A DNA stretch of 64,000 nucleotides, from assembly GCA_028534125.1 (NCBI GenBank), contig CM052848.1, positions 9,734,001 to 9,798,000 on the forward strand, given 5' to 3'. Source of the stretch: Lama glama. Its lineage: Eukaryota. Positions 12,488 through 25,810 of the stretch are shown in pieces (position 1 is the first letter of the stretch; every line of letters begins with the position of its first letter). A program made the translations under genes and the position numbers. The notes under the pieces were generated by a model that was not told where the DNA came from, did not search any database, and saw nothing but the letters and a program-made list of their open reading frames with translations.

Positions 12488-13199
12488 AATTATTACATAA
12501 AAGGTATTTTAAGGAGCTGTTACCACTATGTGTACTCAGTCCTCCTGGGGCCTCTGGGAGGCACCTTGGAATTGTTCCAGCAGAGGGACAAGGAAGCTGG
12601 GGTATCTGCCTACCGACTCCTGTCCTGTTGGTTGAGGGCCACCTGCGATGGTCCTCAGGTGGAGAACTGTGGGTGCCTGCAGGAGAAGGCTGCGTGGTGC
12701 TGGAAATATGAGAGGACATGGACAGACCATGCTTCCTGAAGCCTCAGCTTCGTTTGACTCGGCTTCCTCATCCGTAGCCCCGGGGTGAAATCACCACGTT
12801 CATATCCTAGGATGGTTACAAAATTACATGTGGGAGCGTTGTAAACTGGAAAATTCTCTCCACGTGGGAAATGATGCACTTCCTAGGAGGCCTTCTGTGG
12901 GGGTTGATAAATTTCTGAGGCTGCTGGTGACTTCAGGGAAACTACCGATGGTCCCGTTGCACCTGCCATGGAAGCACAAACACTGTGGTTTCACTGGACC
13001 AACAATTCAGTGCAGTGTTCCTGTGCTGGCATGTGGCTCAAGCGGCTAAAGCCAGCTTTCCCATTAAGTCAGGGCGGCTAACACGACATATTGTTCATTC
13101 ACTCAATGTACGTCTTGTGTACCTGTCATTGTGCTTGACCCTGGCCCTCATGTCACCTGGTAGGAAAGAAAGTCGTCATACTCATAATTACCTGCAGTT

Positions 13200-13333
13200 A
13201 GGGTGGCCAAGATCTCAGCCTGCTTGGGACAGTCCTGGTTTACTCCTGTGACCTGGTCTAATTATGAAGAGATCGCCCCTTCACTCGTGAATATCTAGGT
13301 GTGAAAAGTATGTGGAAAGCATGTGGTCCCCAC
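13200..13333. mobile_element. MER81/MER94-like hAT-Blackjack MITE
   Basis: agggtggcca...gggacagtcctggtttac...gccccttcactc...atgtggtcccc termini. Confidence 0.65.
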
Positions 13334-13419
13334 CCACGTGTTATCAGCATGCCATCTGATTAACAAACTCGAGGAGTTGTCACACGTCTCTCAAACACAC
13401 ATGTCAGTGCTTGTACAGC

Positions 13420-13970
13420 AGTTTGTTCATTCACTCATCATTCATTCATTCATTCAGCATACACTTTGAGTATCTTCTGGGTGCCAGGCATTTGGCACAT
13501 GGGGTATCTGGGAAGACCACCGGAGGAGGTGAGACCTGAGTTCAGCCTTGAGTGAGGAGAAGGAGGAGGCAGCCACACAAAGACGTGAGGGAGGGACATC
13601 CTGGGTGGGGGGAGTGGTGAGTACAAAGGCCCTGAGATTAAAGTCCGGAGAGGTCAGTGTGGCCAGAGCACAGTGACTGAGGGGACAGTGGCCAGAAACG
13701 AGGTCAGAGATTGACCAGGGGCCAGATGAACCCTGAAGGCCATCTCAAGAGGTTTGGCTTTTATCATGCTTGCAATAGAGTTATTGGAGAGCTTCCCACA
13801 GGTGCTCTCTGACTGTGGGCAGAGAACTGACCGTAGGGGCGAGAGTGGATGCAGAGAGACAGATGTGGTCATGCTAGGAGCTGATGTGGTTGTCCAGGCG
13901 CCAGATGACCGATGGACCAGGGTAGTAGTGCTATTGCTTCTCTTTAGTTCAGATGGTAGATATTTTATGA
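13420..13970 (-). mobile_element. L2 LINE
   Basis: (ttca)n, gagtatcttctgggtgccaggca, ggaggaggtgagacctgag, gtacaaaggccctgag. Confidence 0.8.
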
Positions 13971-14974
13971 GCTCAAATAATCGCTTTTCATCTTTCCAGC
14001 CCAACCTCCAATGTGCAGGCCACAGAAGTTTGATTTCTGATATTAGGCAAATTCTGATATTAGGCAAAGTCTCAACTTAACCAAGAAGTGTCAAGGAGGG
14101 CCAGGGAGAATCCAACAGAAGGTTCTTTTTCATGGAATCAGAAGCAGTGCTCAAAGGGCAGTGGATCGTCGTGGGTGTCATCACTCTTGGCTTCAAATAT
14201 CTGGCACTGTTTCCCATGGCTCCCTTTGCAATAAGACGGTGAACTGTAGTCTGAGTAACAGCACAGTTAGGTGGATTCATGGCTGCTTGGACTTCTTTAC
14301 CGGAGAGTGTTGATTTGTGGCTCTATGAAATCCTGGAGGGAGTTGCTGCCGGTTTGTTCTAGCCAAAATGCTCCTCAAGGACTTGAGAGGTGTGGGAGTT
14401 GGTTTCTCCTTTTTGCAGAGACCTTAGGCCAGGAGAGATGAGTCATGGTTGGAAGACAGACTCACGATTCAAAGAGCCCTGGAAGTTCATGTCCTCCTTT
14501 GTGCTTCTCTGTTGCCTCCATCTCTTCGTAGGTATCCGGTGTAACGTGCATCAGAATCAACCTGAATGCAATGTTAAATGCTGGCATCTGGATTCCATTC
14601 TTCGTATGTCTGGGGAGGACAGGAACATGTGATTTTTAACAAATGCCAATAGGATTCTGAGATAGGCGGTCTGGAGCCCACTATCTCCTCACTACCTTTG
14701 AACTCCTCGAAGGCCCAGATGGTCTTGTATTTTAGTGTGTGGTGCACAGAGCATTCTGCTTCGCAGTGAATATCCCAGCATCCATCCCCTTCATCCTGGG
14801 AGGATTGAGGCCCTCTGCCAAGGTTCTCTCAGCTTCCTTTCCTGCTACTTCAAAAGGCACCCTAACTTTGCAGAAGACCCATGTCTTCTCATTACCTCTT
14901 ATTTCAGATGAGTGTGGACATTGGAACCACATGGGCCTGGGATCAAATCTTAGCTCTGTTACTGATTATCCAGG

Positions 14975-15135
14975 CCAACATTTCTCAAACCATTGCACCC
15001 ACCAACCAAAGGACGAGCTCGTGAGAACAGATTCTGGGTCAGTAGACCAGGGGCGGGCAGGGTCTGGGCTCCGTGTGTCTAACAGGCTCCCAGGTGATGC
15101 TGAAGCTGGTAGTCCACGGGCTGTGTTCTGGGAGC
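14975..15135. mobile_element. MER5A-like MITE
   Basis: tttctcaaac...gattctgggtcagtag...ctaacaggctcccaggtgatgctga. Confidence 0.65.
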
Positions 15136-15799
15136 GCATCTCGAGGTCTCAAGGCTGCAAGCAAGGTTGCTCAAGCACTTTAAACTCTATGAGCCCACGC
15201 CCTCCATGGGGGAAAAACTGGAGGTTCTATTGGTCAAGGTTGCATTGACTCCATGTCATAGGAAGCGAACAGCGGAAACAATTCTGGGGTTTGTTTTTAT
15301 CACTTAAAAAGCAGTCTAAGGATGGAGAGGCCAGGGCCGGTGCCCCTGCTCACGGACCCAGGCTCCTTCACTCTTCCTGCTTCACCAGCACATGAAGTTT
15401 AATCCTCAAGGTCATGAGATGGTGGGCAAAGGGCAAAAGCCACGTGCCAGCTGACCCTATTTTTTAAAAAATCAGAGTAAGTAGCAACTTACCCAGAGCC
15501 CCACGCTGACAACACACTGGTCAGGTCTGGGTCAAGGGACACTCCTGGCAGCTCAGGAGTGTGACAGGATGTCTTTTGGCTGCGCACGCTGCTGCCCTGC
15601 ACAGAATCGGGGAGTAAGGAAGCAAGGAGGAGAGGACATGGTGGCCTCGAGCAGAGTGGGGTGCCAGTATGTGTTTTGTGATGTTGTGATGGGGTTGGTG
15701 AGGCTTAACGAGGTGCAGCCTAGCACCTGCCGCAGAGTAAAACTCAACACGTGGGTTTCCTTCCTTCCTCTCCTCTGGTCCTGAGCGCACCCCCTCCAG

Positions 15800-16780
15800 G
15801 AATCCCTGCGGGTAGGATTGCTTCTCTCTGGTGTCTCGAAAATCTGTTGGCTTTTCCCCTTCAGCCTGCCGGCTTACCTGTCTCTCCTAGTCTAAGAAAC
15901 CCTTTCTTCCTGGTTTCCCTTCCTGCTCCCCGCCATCTCGCACACCTCCCCACCCGTCACCTTGACAACCCTCTGCACTGAATGGGCTTAAATGCCTATC
16001 CCTTCCCTAAAACTGCGTTCTCAAAAATCAGGAATCTCATCCTACCAATGAAGTCCAACTGTCTCTGTTCAGTGCCCGTCCCACGGGACCTCCTCGCAGT
16101 GTTCTAACATCACTGCACACACCTCCTCCTTAAAACACCAGCCTCATCTCTGAAGCACTCTGCTCTCTGGTTCCCCCCTCCTCCCTCTGGAAAGGCTTCT
16201 CTTTCCTTCCCCAGCTCTTCCTCTGCCTTTTCCTTGGAGGTGGGCATTTGCCAGGGTCTCTTCTGGATACTGTTCACCCTTCACACTCATTTCGTAATTT
16301 CATTCATTCCCAGAGTCTAGAGCCAAGGTCAGCAAACCAAAGCCTGTTGGACAAATTCCACTCGTCCCGTCTCCTCCCCAGAAGTCGCACTCCAACCCCA
16401 GTTTTTTAAATAAAGTTTTATTGGAACATAGACACATCCAACTCATTTACATATCGTCTATTACTGCCTCTGCACAGCAATGGCAGAGTTGCTACAGTGA
16501 CCCTGTGGCCCATAAGCCTAAAGTGTTTACTGTCGCCCTTTACAAAAGAACCTTGCCAATGTATGCTCTAGACTCTAAACAGTGTCCAAACTCACTCTGC
16601 TCCCTAGTCCTCCCTCATGCACTGCAGACTCATATTTCGATTACCTGCTGGACAATTCGACAGGATCTCCTCCAGCATCTCTAATCCAAGTTCCGAATTA
16701 TCTTCCTCCTTAGAACTGTTTCTACACTTGTTCGCCATCAATTTCCATCAGTTACATCATCCGTGACCTACCTGAAGACC
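15800..16780 (+). mobile_element. L2 LINE fragments, interrupted by MER58A
   Basis: Pyrimidine-rich L2 motifs such as cctcctccttaaaacac, ctctctggttcccc and cagactcatattt. Confidence 0.55.
16323..16565. mobile_element. MER58A hAT-Charlie MITE
   Basis: ggtcagcaaac...aataaagttttattggaaca...ggcccataagcctaaagtgtttact; inserted at an NTCTAGAN target. Confidence 0.85.
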
Positions 16781-17879
16781 TTTGCAGCCAATTTATGACA
16801 TCAGGACCACGGAGTTATGAAGGGCCCCCCGTTCAGACTTTCAACGGTATCCATCATGGACATTGAACTGGTTTTGCATTTAAAAATCAGTACGACGTTA
16901 GCAAAAAAACAAAACCAAAATATGACACTTGAATTCAGCTCTTTTTTCCTTAAAATCTCTCTCTAAATCACAGTGCTGGCATATTCACTTTAATGAAGTT
17001 CCCTATCTTCATGACAACAGAGGAGACGAAATTCCATAAACGTGATTTCTCTCCTTTGAGACAAAGAGCAATCAGTCAACATTTAAGTGCTTCCTTCCTG
17101 ACTTCTAGTTATTTGATTAGCTGCAAGACTGCATTACATATTACTGAAGAAAATCTAAGGACCAACACATACACAATACCACAGTCAAGTTCAGTGTATA
17201 ATTTACTTCTTCTACTTCCCCCGGTGAATAACCTTCTCGATGTATTACTTCTCAAGTTATTGGAATGAAGTATAAATTATTTGGCCTATTAAATTCTGCA
17301 AAAGTATCAAGCAAACATACCAAGATCGCTGGCAGTGTTGGGAGTCCCCGGGAAAAGCTCTTTGAACTTGGCTGGCTTTTTAGCAAAAAAAGTATTCAGA
17401 AGACCTTAAAAGCATTAGCAAAGACAAAGAGCCACCGTTGCTGGCCCTTGGTTGGTCCTTTCATCAGTCAGATCCCCGGGCATCTGCTTTTTGTCAGACA
17501 GCCGTGCTGGGCGCTGGAGTTGCCAAATGAATGAACCACAGAGCCTCCCTAGAAGACTTACAAGGATTCGGTGAGCCCTACTCACATTGTCAAATCAAAT
17601 CCATGAGGCCGCAGAGCAAGTGATGCACAATATTTACAGAATGAGTGAGTGTAGGAATGGCATTCCCTGGATACGACTTTCCATCAATTACTGAGGGAAG
17701 GAGGTGACCATTTAAGTGCCTATGACATGACAAGTGTGTATTACTTCCTCAGTCTGCACTAGAGGCTGGGTAAAATTCTGAGCCTTGTCAGGGAATGATG
17801 GCAAGTCAAGAGATGGGCTGTGATAATCAGATTTCCCCACCCAGGGACCACATCATCCTGTCATACGGTGCAGCAGTCG

Positions 17880-18110
17880 TCAGCTCCTGTGAGCTCTTGT
17901 TTATATTTGAATGACTAATTGTGGTTCCAAAGCACTTTAAAATATGCCATATCTTTATTCCACCCCATAAAGCTGTGAGATATGTACTTTCATCCACATT
18001 TTGTAGGTAAAGAAACAGAGCATCAGAAAATTAAATGGATTGCCTACATCCAGCTAGGGAGTGGTGGGTCAGAACCTGGAGCCTTAACCCCCTGTCTCAG
18101 TGTCTGTAAA
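17880..18110 (-). mobile_element. MIR SINE
   Basis: ctgtgagatatgtactttcatccacattttgtaggtaaagaaacagag...cagctagggagtgg. Confidence 0.65.
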
Positions 18111-19602
18111 CCTTGTCACCCAAACTCTCCAAAGAGCCACAGAGCTCACGAGTTGGCGGGGAGCTGCCACCTTCATCTCGGGCCCCAGCTACTCACCAGA
18201 TTGGAGTTGGCCCTTTCTCTCTTGCTTTCAAAGTTTGAAAGTCAAGTTTGAACATGGGACCTTGTGACCCCACAGCACATCCCTTCTTCATGGCTTGTCA
18301 GTAAGAATGAAAAGGAAATAATAAGACAGGAAGTAGCAACCAAGGCTCCAACACTGAGTTCCTTTAGGAGAGAGAAGGCGCTCAGGTTTGGGTCCCAGCA
18401 TGTGCGGCTGCAGGGCAAGGGGCAGGGGCCTGTCAGCTTGTACCTCAGGCCACAGACTCTGCGAACAATGCACCAGCTCCCCCCAGCAAGCCAGCCACAG
18501 GCCAGGCAGGCCATCAGTCTCTCACCCGCATCCCGTTTCCTCGCTCCTCAGAGGCAGCCCATTCTTGCGCTTGTTACCTTACGCCAATTTACTGTACTGT
18601 CCCAGAATCCCATCTCTGTCTGGCTTCCTTGCACAGAATAATCAGAGGCCCCTTCCCCACACAGCTCAGCAAGGACCCTGAAGCCCCGCCCACCTAACTC
18701 AGCCATAACCGCCCAAGGTTGGAGACCCTTGAGTCAGCTGCCCGGCTGGCCTTCTTGGCTAAAGGTGACTGACTCTCACATGAACTGAGAACTTTCCTAA
18801 CAGTGGAAAACAACTTCATCAAAGATAAATAACAAGGAACGTGTTCTCTGCGTCGCTGCCCCTGCTGGAGGCAAGCAAGTAAACAGTGATGACTGCCTCC
18901 CATGGGCAGCCCCTTGGCCAGACCCGTGGACCTGGCTCTCGGATTCTCCATGCATACAAATAAGAAGCCTGCTCAATGAACTGATCACTTAAATAGGCTT
19001 TTCCATCTGTGGAGTTTCAATTTAAAACACCGACAAAGCCATCTTTGCAAAATGTTCTCTAGTATTTCTCTCTTTCAATTCACTTAAATTAATTAACCTG
19101 CAATTGTCCTCGCAGCCATGTGACGGGGAGAGTTCCTAAGAACTGAGTTTCTTCTAAGAACATGAGCTTGCTGGCTTATTTGTTTCGCCAAGGGAGCATT
19201 GTCTTTTCTCTGCACTTTCCTGAGAGTTGTTACAGGGCTCCTGATTTGTTCTCTGTTAAACTGGGCATCTTTAGCCCGGGAAGGGTGTTAGGAAATGAAA
19301 GAAGAGAGAGGTCACGCGATCATACTCTGTGAACAGAGTTCACCCGAATTGGTTGAAACTTTTAAGAAAGCTCCCTCAGAATTTCAGAAATCACAGTGAA
19401 CGAGCAGTGAAGATGGAGCATGAGATAAGACTGCCTGCAACAGACATGCAGTCAGCAAGGTCATTCCACCTAACTACACCCCACCAGGCAGAAAGAAAGT
19501 CAAGTTCCCTAACTCACATGTAGGGAGGAAAGGAGGCGAAGGCGAGGTTCTGGCTGAATCAATGCCAACCACACTGTCAGTGGTTGAGAAGAAGAGCAGA
19601 GC

Positions 19603-20177
19603 TAAGACAGGAGGGCAGGGGGCAGGACACAGGAACGACACAGCAATTAGCACCAAGATGGTGGAAAAGTCAACTCCCAGTAGACCTGGAGGCCCAAGGT
19701 GGTGGGAGATTCGACCTCCAGTGGGCCTGGCGCTTCATTGTACACATTGTAGTGTATTAGCCTGGTGAATGACCTGAGGCTGACCATGAGAGGTCAGAGA
19801 GAGGGCGGTGGCCCAGTTCCTGGGAATCCCCGCCCCCTCCCCAAAGTAGTTGGAATAATCTCCTCACTTGTTAGCGTATAAAAACTAGCAACACTGCACC
19901 TCATGGTCACACGTACTCTCTCTCTCGTCTTCTCAGACGCCTGCACTCCGTCTATGGAGTATGTAGTGTGTATCTACCTTTACTTTAACCAACTCCCCCT
20001 CCACCCTCCAGAGTACATCTCTCTAAATCTACTTTTACTCAACTATGGCTTGCTCTTGAATACTTTCCTGAGTGAAGCCAAGGACCCTCACTTGGCAGGG
20101 CATGTCCCAGGGACTCCACTGAGACCTGGGACAAAGCCATCCTTGTGTGCCCCCACCCACCCCATTTTTCTGTATCA
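19603..20177 (+). mobile_element. MER41-like ERV1 solo LTR
   Basis: Collinear MER41 hallmarks: ccaagatgg, cattgtacacattgtagtgtattagc, cagttcctgggaatccccgcccc, gaataatc...cttgttagcgtataa, ctatggagta, ccaaggaccctcacttgg. Ends in ...tgtatca. No clean TSD. Confidence 0.75.
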
Positions 20178-20204
20178 GTCATTAGCTCAAGTCCCCTCCA
20201 TGGT

Positions 20205-20420
20205 GGGAAGTGGTTAAGAGCAGGAGCTTGGGAACCAGACTGACAGGGTTCAAATCCCAGCTCCACCACTCACTGGGTGGCCCTGGGCAAGCTACTCACC
20301 TCTTTATGCTTCAGTTTCCTCCATGGAAAAGATGAGAAGAATAATAGCATCCCTGATAGGATAATTGTGAGGACTCTTTGATTAATGTATATAAAGCTGT
20401 TGGAATATTGGCATAAACCA
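20205..20420 (+). mobile_element. MIR SINE
   Basis: gtggttaagagc...gggttcaaatcccagctccaccact...ctgggcaagctactcacctct...tcagtttcctc. Confidence 0.9.
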
Positions 20421-20669
20421 TCTGTGTGTTTGCTAGGATTCTCTGCATGCAGTAACAGAACCTCCATTCTCCCGGGCCTTTGTGAAGTAACTCTGTGTGG
20501 GCTGTACATGAACCTATACATTCTTGGAATTTTTTCCCTATTAATTTAATAAGCATTTATTGAGTGTCTGCTACATGCCCATACCGGTCCAGGTAGAGCA
20601 GATTAAAAACATGAGTTAACCTTCAGAATTCCCACCACTTACTAAGGAAACAGACATGTAACAGAGAAG

Positions 20670-23600
20670 TTAGACTTCTGGAATGACCAACTGAGGAATT
20701 GTAAATATGCCCATCCAACAAAGCAACTAAAACACTGTCTGAAATAGTCAAAATCAACTATTTTAGAACTATGGCTATTAACCAAAGGCTTGTGACAATC
20801 TGAGAAGCATTTATTGAGGAAAAAACTGAGCCTCTGAAAGAACAGCATTGCCTATTGTTGACCTACTCGCATTTTTCCCTTGATCTACTCCCATCCTTCC
20901 TTCCCTAACTCCATGGTAGCTTTGAAAACCAGCAACCTCACAACCACAGTGGGTGTGAAACCGGCAGCCTTGAAGCTACCAGATAGAGCAGATCATGTTT
21001 GGGCACCTCAGAAAGTTTCTTCAGACACAGCACTGTCACTGTTTGATCTATTTCAGCATTCCCTGAAGAGGCCCATTGACAGTGCTTCCTGACTTGCACC
21101 GGGTTGTGGTAAAAGCCCTATCCTTAAAGCACTTAAAAAAAATAGTCAGCAGCAGCTACTTAACATTGCAGCTGCCTGAGGCTTCTAAGCCACATGGGGT
21201 AAACAAGAGCTTGATGAAGAAGTTGAGAAGATCTGGAGCAGGATGTCTGTAGGGGTATTGGAAAGTTTTGAGCGGTATGAGGCATTCTTTCCTGGGGATC
21301 TAGAAGGTTGTGCATATTCTTGAGTCTTTGTACATGCCTGGGAGGGATCTGGGAGGGCCCTGGTATCTCCCCATGGGGTGACCCAGAGGCCTTGCACAAG
21401 CAGGAAGTAAAGGGTAAGGCAGGTTTTGAACAATTTGAATATTGAAGGTTGTACACAGAGCCCTTTGGCAAAGGGTGGAAGACATAACGGTTCAAAGCAT
21501 TTAAGAAACTCTCTGATCAATCATTAGCTGCTCATAAAGCTAAGCAGAGACTTCAGTGACCAGACCATTATAGACTTTAAATAATTAGTCCAGAAAAGTC
21601 ACTAAAAGATACAAAAAGTAACAGCAACAATAATTTTTTAAAAAACCTAGGGAGGGGAGAGATCTGATTCTCAGAGTTGCCACATTATATTGTAAAAAAA
21701 GTCTCCAGTTTTCAATAAAAGATTATGAAACACAAAAGGAAATAGAAAAATATGGACCATACACAGGGAAAAAAAAAAAGCAGTCAATAGATTCTGACCC
21801 TGAGTGGGGTCCAGATGTTACACTTGCTAGTCAAAGACTTTAAATCAGCTATTTTAAATATGTCCAAAGAGTTACATGAAACCATGTGTAGAAGAATTAA
21901 AGGAAAGTAAGACAATGATGTTGCACTAAATATATATCAATAAAGAGATAGAATTATTCTATCCAGTTCTGGAGCTGAAAAGTACAGTGACTGAAAAGTC
22001 ATAAATTCACTAAGTGAGGCTCAATAGCACATTTGAACTGATGCAAGGGAGAATCAGTGAACTGAACAAAGATCAATGGAAATTATCCAACCTGAAAGAT
22101 AGAAAAAAGAATGAATGAAAGAGAGAAGATCTCGATTGTGGTGGTGGTTTCATTAGTGTATACATCTATTAAAATTCATCAAATTCTACATCTGAAATAT
22201 GTGTAGTTTACTGTACAGGAACCATACCACAACAAAGGTATTTAAGAATAAACAAACAAACAAACAAACAAATAAATAAATAAAATGAGCAGAGCCTCAG
22301 AAACATACGGGTTATTATCAAATTCCCAACATATGCATAATGGGAGACTCCGGAGAGGGAGAGAAATGGGGACAGAAAAAATATTTGAAGAAATAATGGC
22401 CTCAAACTTCCCAAATATGATGAAAGACATGAATCTATACATCCAAGACAGTTAACAAACTCCAAATAGAACAAACTTAAAGAAATAAACCTAGATGCAT
22501 TATAGTCGTATTGTTGAAAGATGAAGACAGAGAGAATCTTGAAATGAGAAATGACTAATCATGAGGGTAGATGATCCTCAGTAAGATTAATAGCTGACTT
22601 CTCATTAGAAACTTGGGAAGCCTGAAGCAGTCAGATGATACATTCAAAATGCTGGGAGAGGAGGAGAGAGGAAGGAAGAGAAACTGTGAGTCAAGAATTC
22701 CATAACCAGAGAAACTATCCTTCAAAAATGAAAAAGAAATGAAGACATTCTCAGATGAACAGAAACAGAAATGTGTTGCTAGCAGACATACCCGACAACA
22801 GAGTAAAGGAAATCCTTCAGGCTGAAATAAAAGATGCTAACTGGTCATTTGAATCCACACAAAGAAATTAAGAGCACTGGTAAGGTAACTCCAAGGTAAA
22901 TATAAAAGAGTATAAAGTATTTTTGTACATCTTTTCTTCTCTTACATGCTCTAAAAGATAACCCATAAAGCAATAACTGATGAGCTTATAATGCATAAAG
23001 ATATATATGACAATAATACCACGACAGGGGAAGAATAAAATGGAGCTATATGGGAGCAAAGCTTCTGAACGCTATTGAAACTGAGTTAGTATTAATATGA
23101 ACCAGACTGTTTTAAGATGCTAATTATAATCTCCTGGACAACCACTAAGAAAATAACCCCCATAATAGTAATAAGATGAAACAATAAGTCAATTAAAACG
23201 GCACATTAGAAAATATCTAAAAATCTGTTTAACTCAAAAGAAGCCTTTGTTGTTAGGTGCAAATATGTTTATGATCCTCCTGATGAATTGACCTTTTTTT
23301 TATTTTTTAATTTTTAATTTTTTTTGTAGATTTATTTTTTTAACATTTTTTATTGATTTATAATCATTTTACAATGTTGTGGACCTTTTTTTTTAATCAT
23401 TATATATGTCCCTCCTTGCTGTAAATAACATCTTTTTGTCTGAAGGTCTCTTTTATCTGGTATGAGCATTGCTGCTCAAGTTTTCTCAGTTCCCTTTGGT
23501 TACTGTTTTCCATCCTTTTACTTCAATCTTAACTGTGTCCTTGAATCTAAGTGTGTCTCTTGTAGACAGTGGAAAGTTAAATCCTCTTGTTTTATCCATT

Positions 23601-24230
23601 CTGCCAATCTGCCTTTTTAAAAAAAGCATTTATTTAAATTTAATGTAATTACCAATAAGTAGAATTTACATCTGCCATTTGCTACTTGTTTTCTCTGTTT
23701 CTTATGTCTTTGTTTCTCTACACCTCTGTTATAGCTCTTGCATATCCGTATTTATCCTCTTGGTTCTATTTCTCCGGAGAACCCTGACTAATACACACTA
23801 CAGTGGAATTAAATTATAAATGAATAATAGAAGGACATTTGAGAAACTCACAAATGGTGTGGAAAATAAACAACCCACTTCTGCATATAAACCAAAGAGA
23901 AATGTAAAAAAAAAAAGTCCACCCAAAAAATTAGACATGAACATTCATAGTCATATTATTTATAATAGCCAAAGGGTGGAAAGAACCTAAAATGTTCATC
24001 AACTGATAAAACTGATGAATAGATACATAAAATGTGATTTATCCATGCAACAGAATGTTATTCAGCAATAAAAAGGAATGAAATTCTGACACAGGCTACA
24101 ACACCTATGACCCCTGAAAACATTGTGCCGAGTGAAAGAAGGCAGACACAAAAGACCACACATTGAATGATTCCAGTCACATGAAATGTCTAGAATAAGC
24201 AAACCTATGGAAAGAAGGGACTGATGTAAG
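20670..24230 (+). mobile_element. Old L1M composite: 5' UTR, decayed ORF1 and inter-ORF region, an inverted block (~23245-23740), an MLT2 3' stub (~23745-23794) and an L1 3' end
   Basis: ORF1-like motifs aatatttgaagaaataatggc, ataagattaatagctgactt-like and aaactatccttcaaaaatgaa. The MLT2 end is ggagaaccctgactaataca. The 3' end is aataaaaaggaatgaaattctgacac. Confidence 0.75.
23303..23381 (-). mobile_element. Extremely 5'-truncated young camelid-type L1 insertion
   Basis: The reverse complement is identical to 50346-50392. It is flanked by the TSD gacc(t)8-9a at 23290-23302 and 23382-23395. Confidence 0.85.
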
Positions 24231-25559
24231 GGGTGCCTTGACCTAAGAGGTAGAGAACAGCAGGAAGGATGTTCCAGGTCAAGAAAGGAGCCACACTGAG
24301 GAATGGACGAGGCCAGGGGTGGAACGAGTCTGAGAGTACACAGAAAGATGGGTGGGAGATGTGGCCAGGAGCAGGGAGAGGAGAGCTGGAGAGGGAGGGG
24401 ATCCTGGGGGCCCCGAAGATATGCCAAGGAGGACAGATTTTATCCTGGTTTGAAGGAAGCCAGCGACAGCTCTTAACAAGAGCATCTGAACTGTTTTTTG
24501 AAAGCTCACCTCGACTTCGGAGTAGATGATAAATTGGAAGGGTGGAGGGATGGAGAGACAGAAATAAGTGACTGGCTAGGAGCCAGACGCAGCAGCCCAG
24601 GAGAGAGAAAGCGGCTGTTCCAACCTAATCAGAAGGCAGCATTAGAAAAATTCATTCTTCTTATCAGGCATCCATCTGTAATCTGAAAGATGAGAGTTTG
24701 GGCTGTCAAAGGGTGGTGTTCAATTCTATTACTCAAAGAGAACATCACTCCTCTGATAAAAAGATTTGAGAGCGGAAGCTGTAATGAGAACATAACAAGC
24801 TGAAAGAGAATGCACTTCTAATCCCCTGAGTCTTATTTCACTGGGCACATTTAAAAACTCTATCATTAAAATAAGCTTCAATTCTGTGATGGAAAGAAAT
24901 GTCATTTTCATCACCACTTTAATGGAAAGGCTCACCTTAGAGGTAGGGAGATACTTAGATAATGGATGAAGAAGGCTTGGTGTCTCTAATTGGGAGAGGC
25001 AGGTATGAAATTTTGCAGGTCCAATGACTCTAGAAGACTAGTGTGTGGGCTGTTCCTGTTGAACTTCTTCATTTCTTAAGGCCTCTATTTTTCTAGGTGC
25101 TAAATAGATTGTGGACTCTTATCACACAGATGAAGTAGATTATGAGAATTAACACACTTCCATTGGTCAAAAAGAGTGTTGGGGCCAATACATAAAAGAT
25201 CTCAGCAGACACAATCATCATTTCGGAATGTCTGCCTCTCAGAGAAACTGTAAATCCATGGAAGGGCCCACATGGAAATAAATGGAAGCATTCTAAGTGT
25301 GGTTCAACACAGAAACAGAATTCTGAATGCTTGGTAGGAGAGGAAATCAACTGTCAGAAAAATACTGCTAAATAACTATACTCATTCCTTCCAGGAGAAG
25401 TGGCAGACCCTGGAGGCCAAAGCTTCAGGGACTATGATTTCTCTGTAAGACGCCCTCCAAGGTGAAGGGGTCATCCATCGTACCCATGTTTTGATTTTCT
25501 ACGGTCAGAAACAGAGACCCATCTGGAAGACCTCAAGAAATAGAGGAGTTATAAAAAAA

Positions 25560-25810
25560 AAAATGCTAACACTATTTAACATTTGAAAGCACTCACCAGG
25601 TTCCAGAATCTGAACTAAGCCCCTTATGAATCACTGAGGCCTCACAATAACCCCATGAAGTTAACAATATTACTCTCCCTCTAGCATAGCTGGAGAAATT
25701 GAAGTTCAGAGAGGTTAAGGGGCTTTCTCAAGGTCACACAGCTCATAGGAGGCAAGGTCAACATTCAAGTCAAAGTATTGGAGACCCTGAGCCCAAACTC
25801 TAAATGACTT
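25560..25810 (-). mobile_element. MIR SINE
   Basis: cctcacaataaccccatgaag...gaagttcagagaggttaag...caaggtcacacagct. Confidence 0.8.

Noticed and set aside
16800-17330. AT-rich unique block considered as a retrocopy or exon
   Set aside because: The frames examined are stop-rich or unrecognisable, and there is no poly-A/TSD or family match that I can support.
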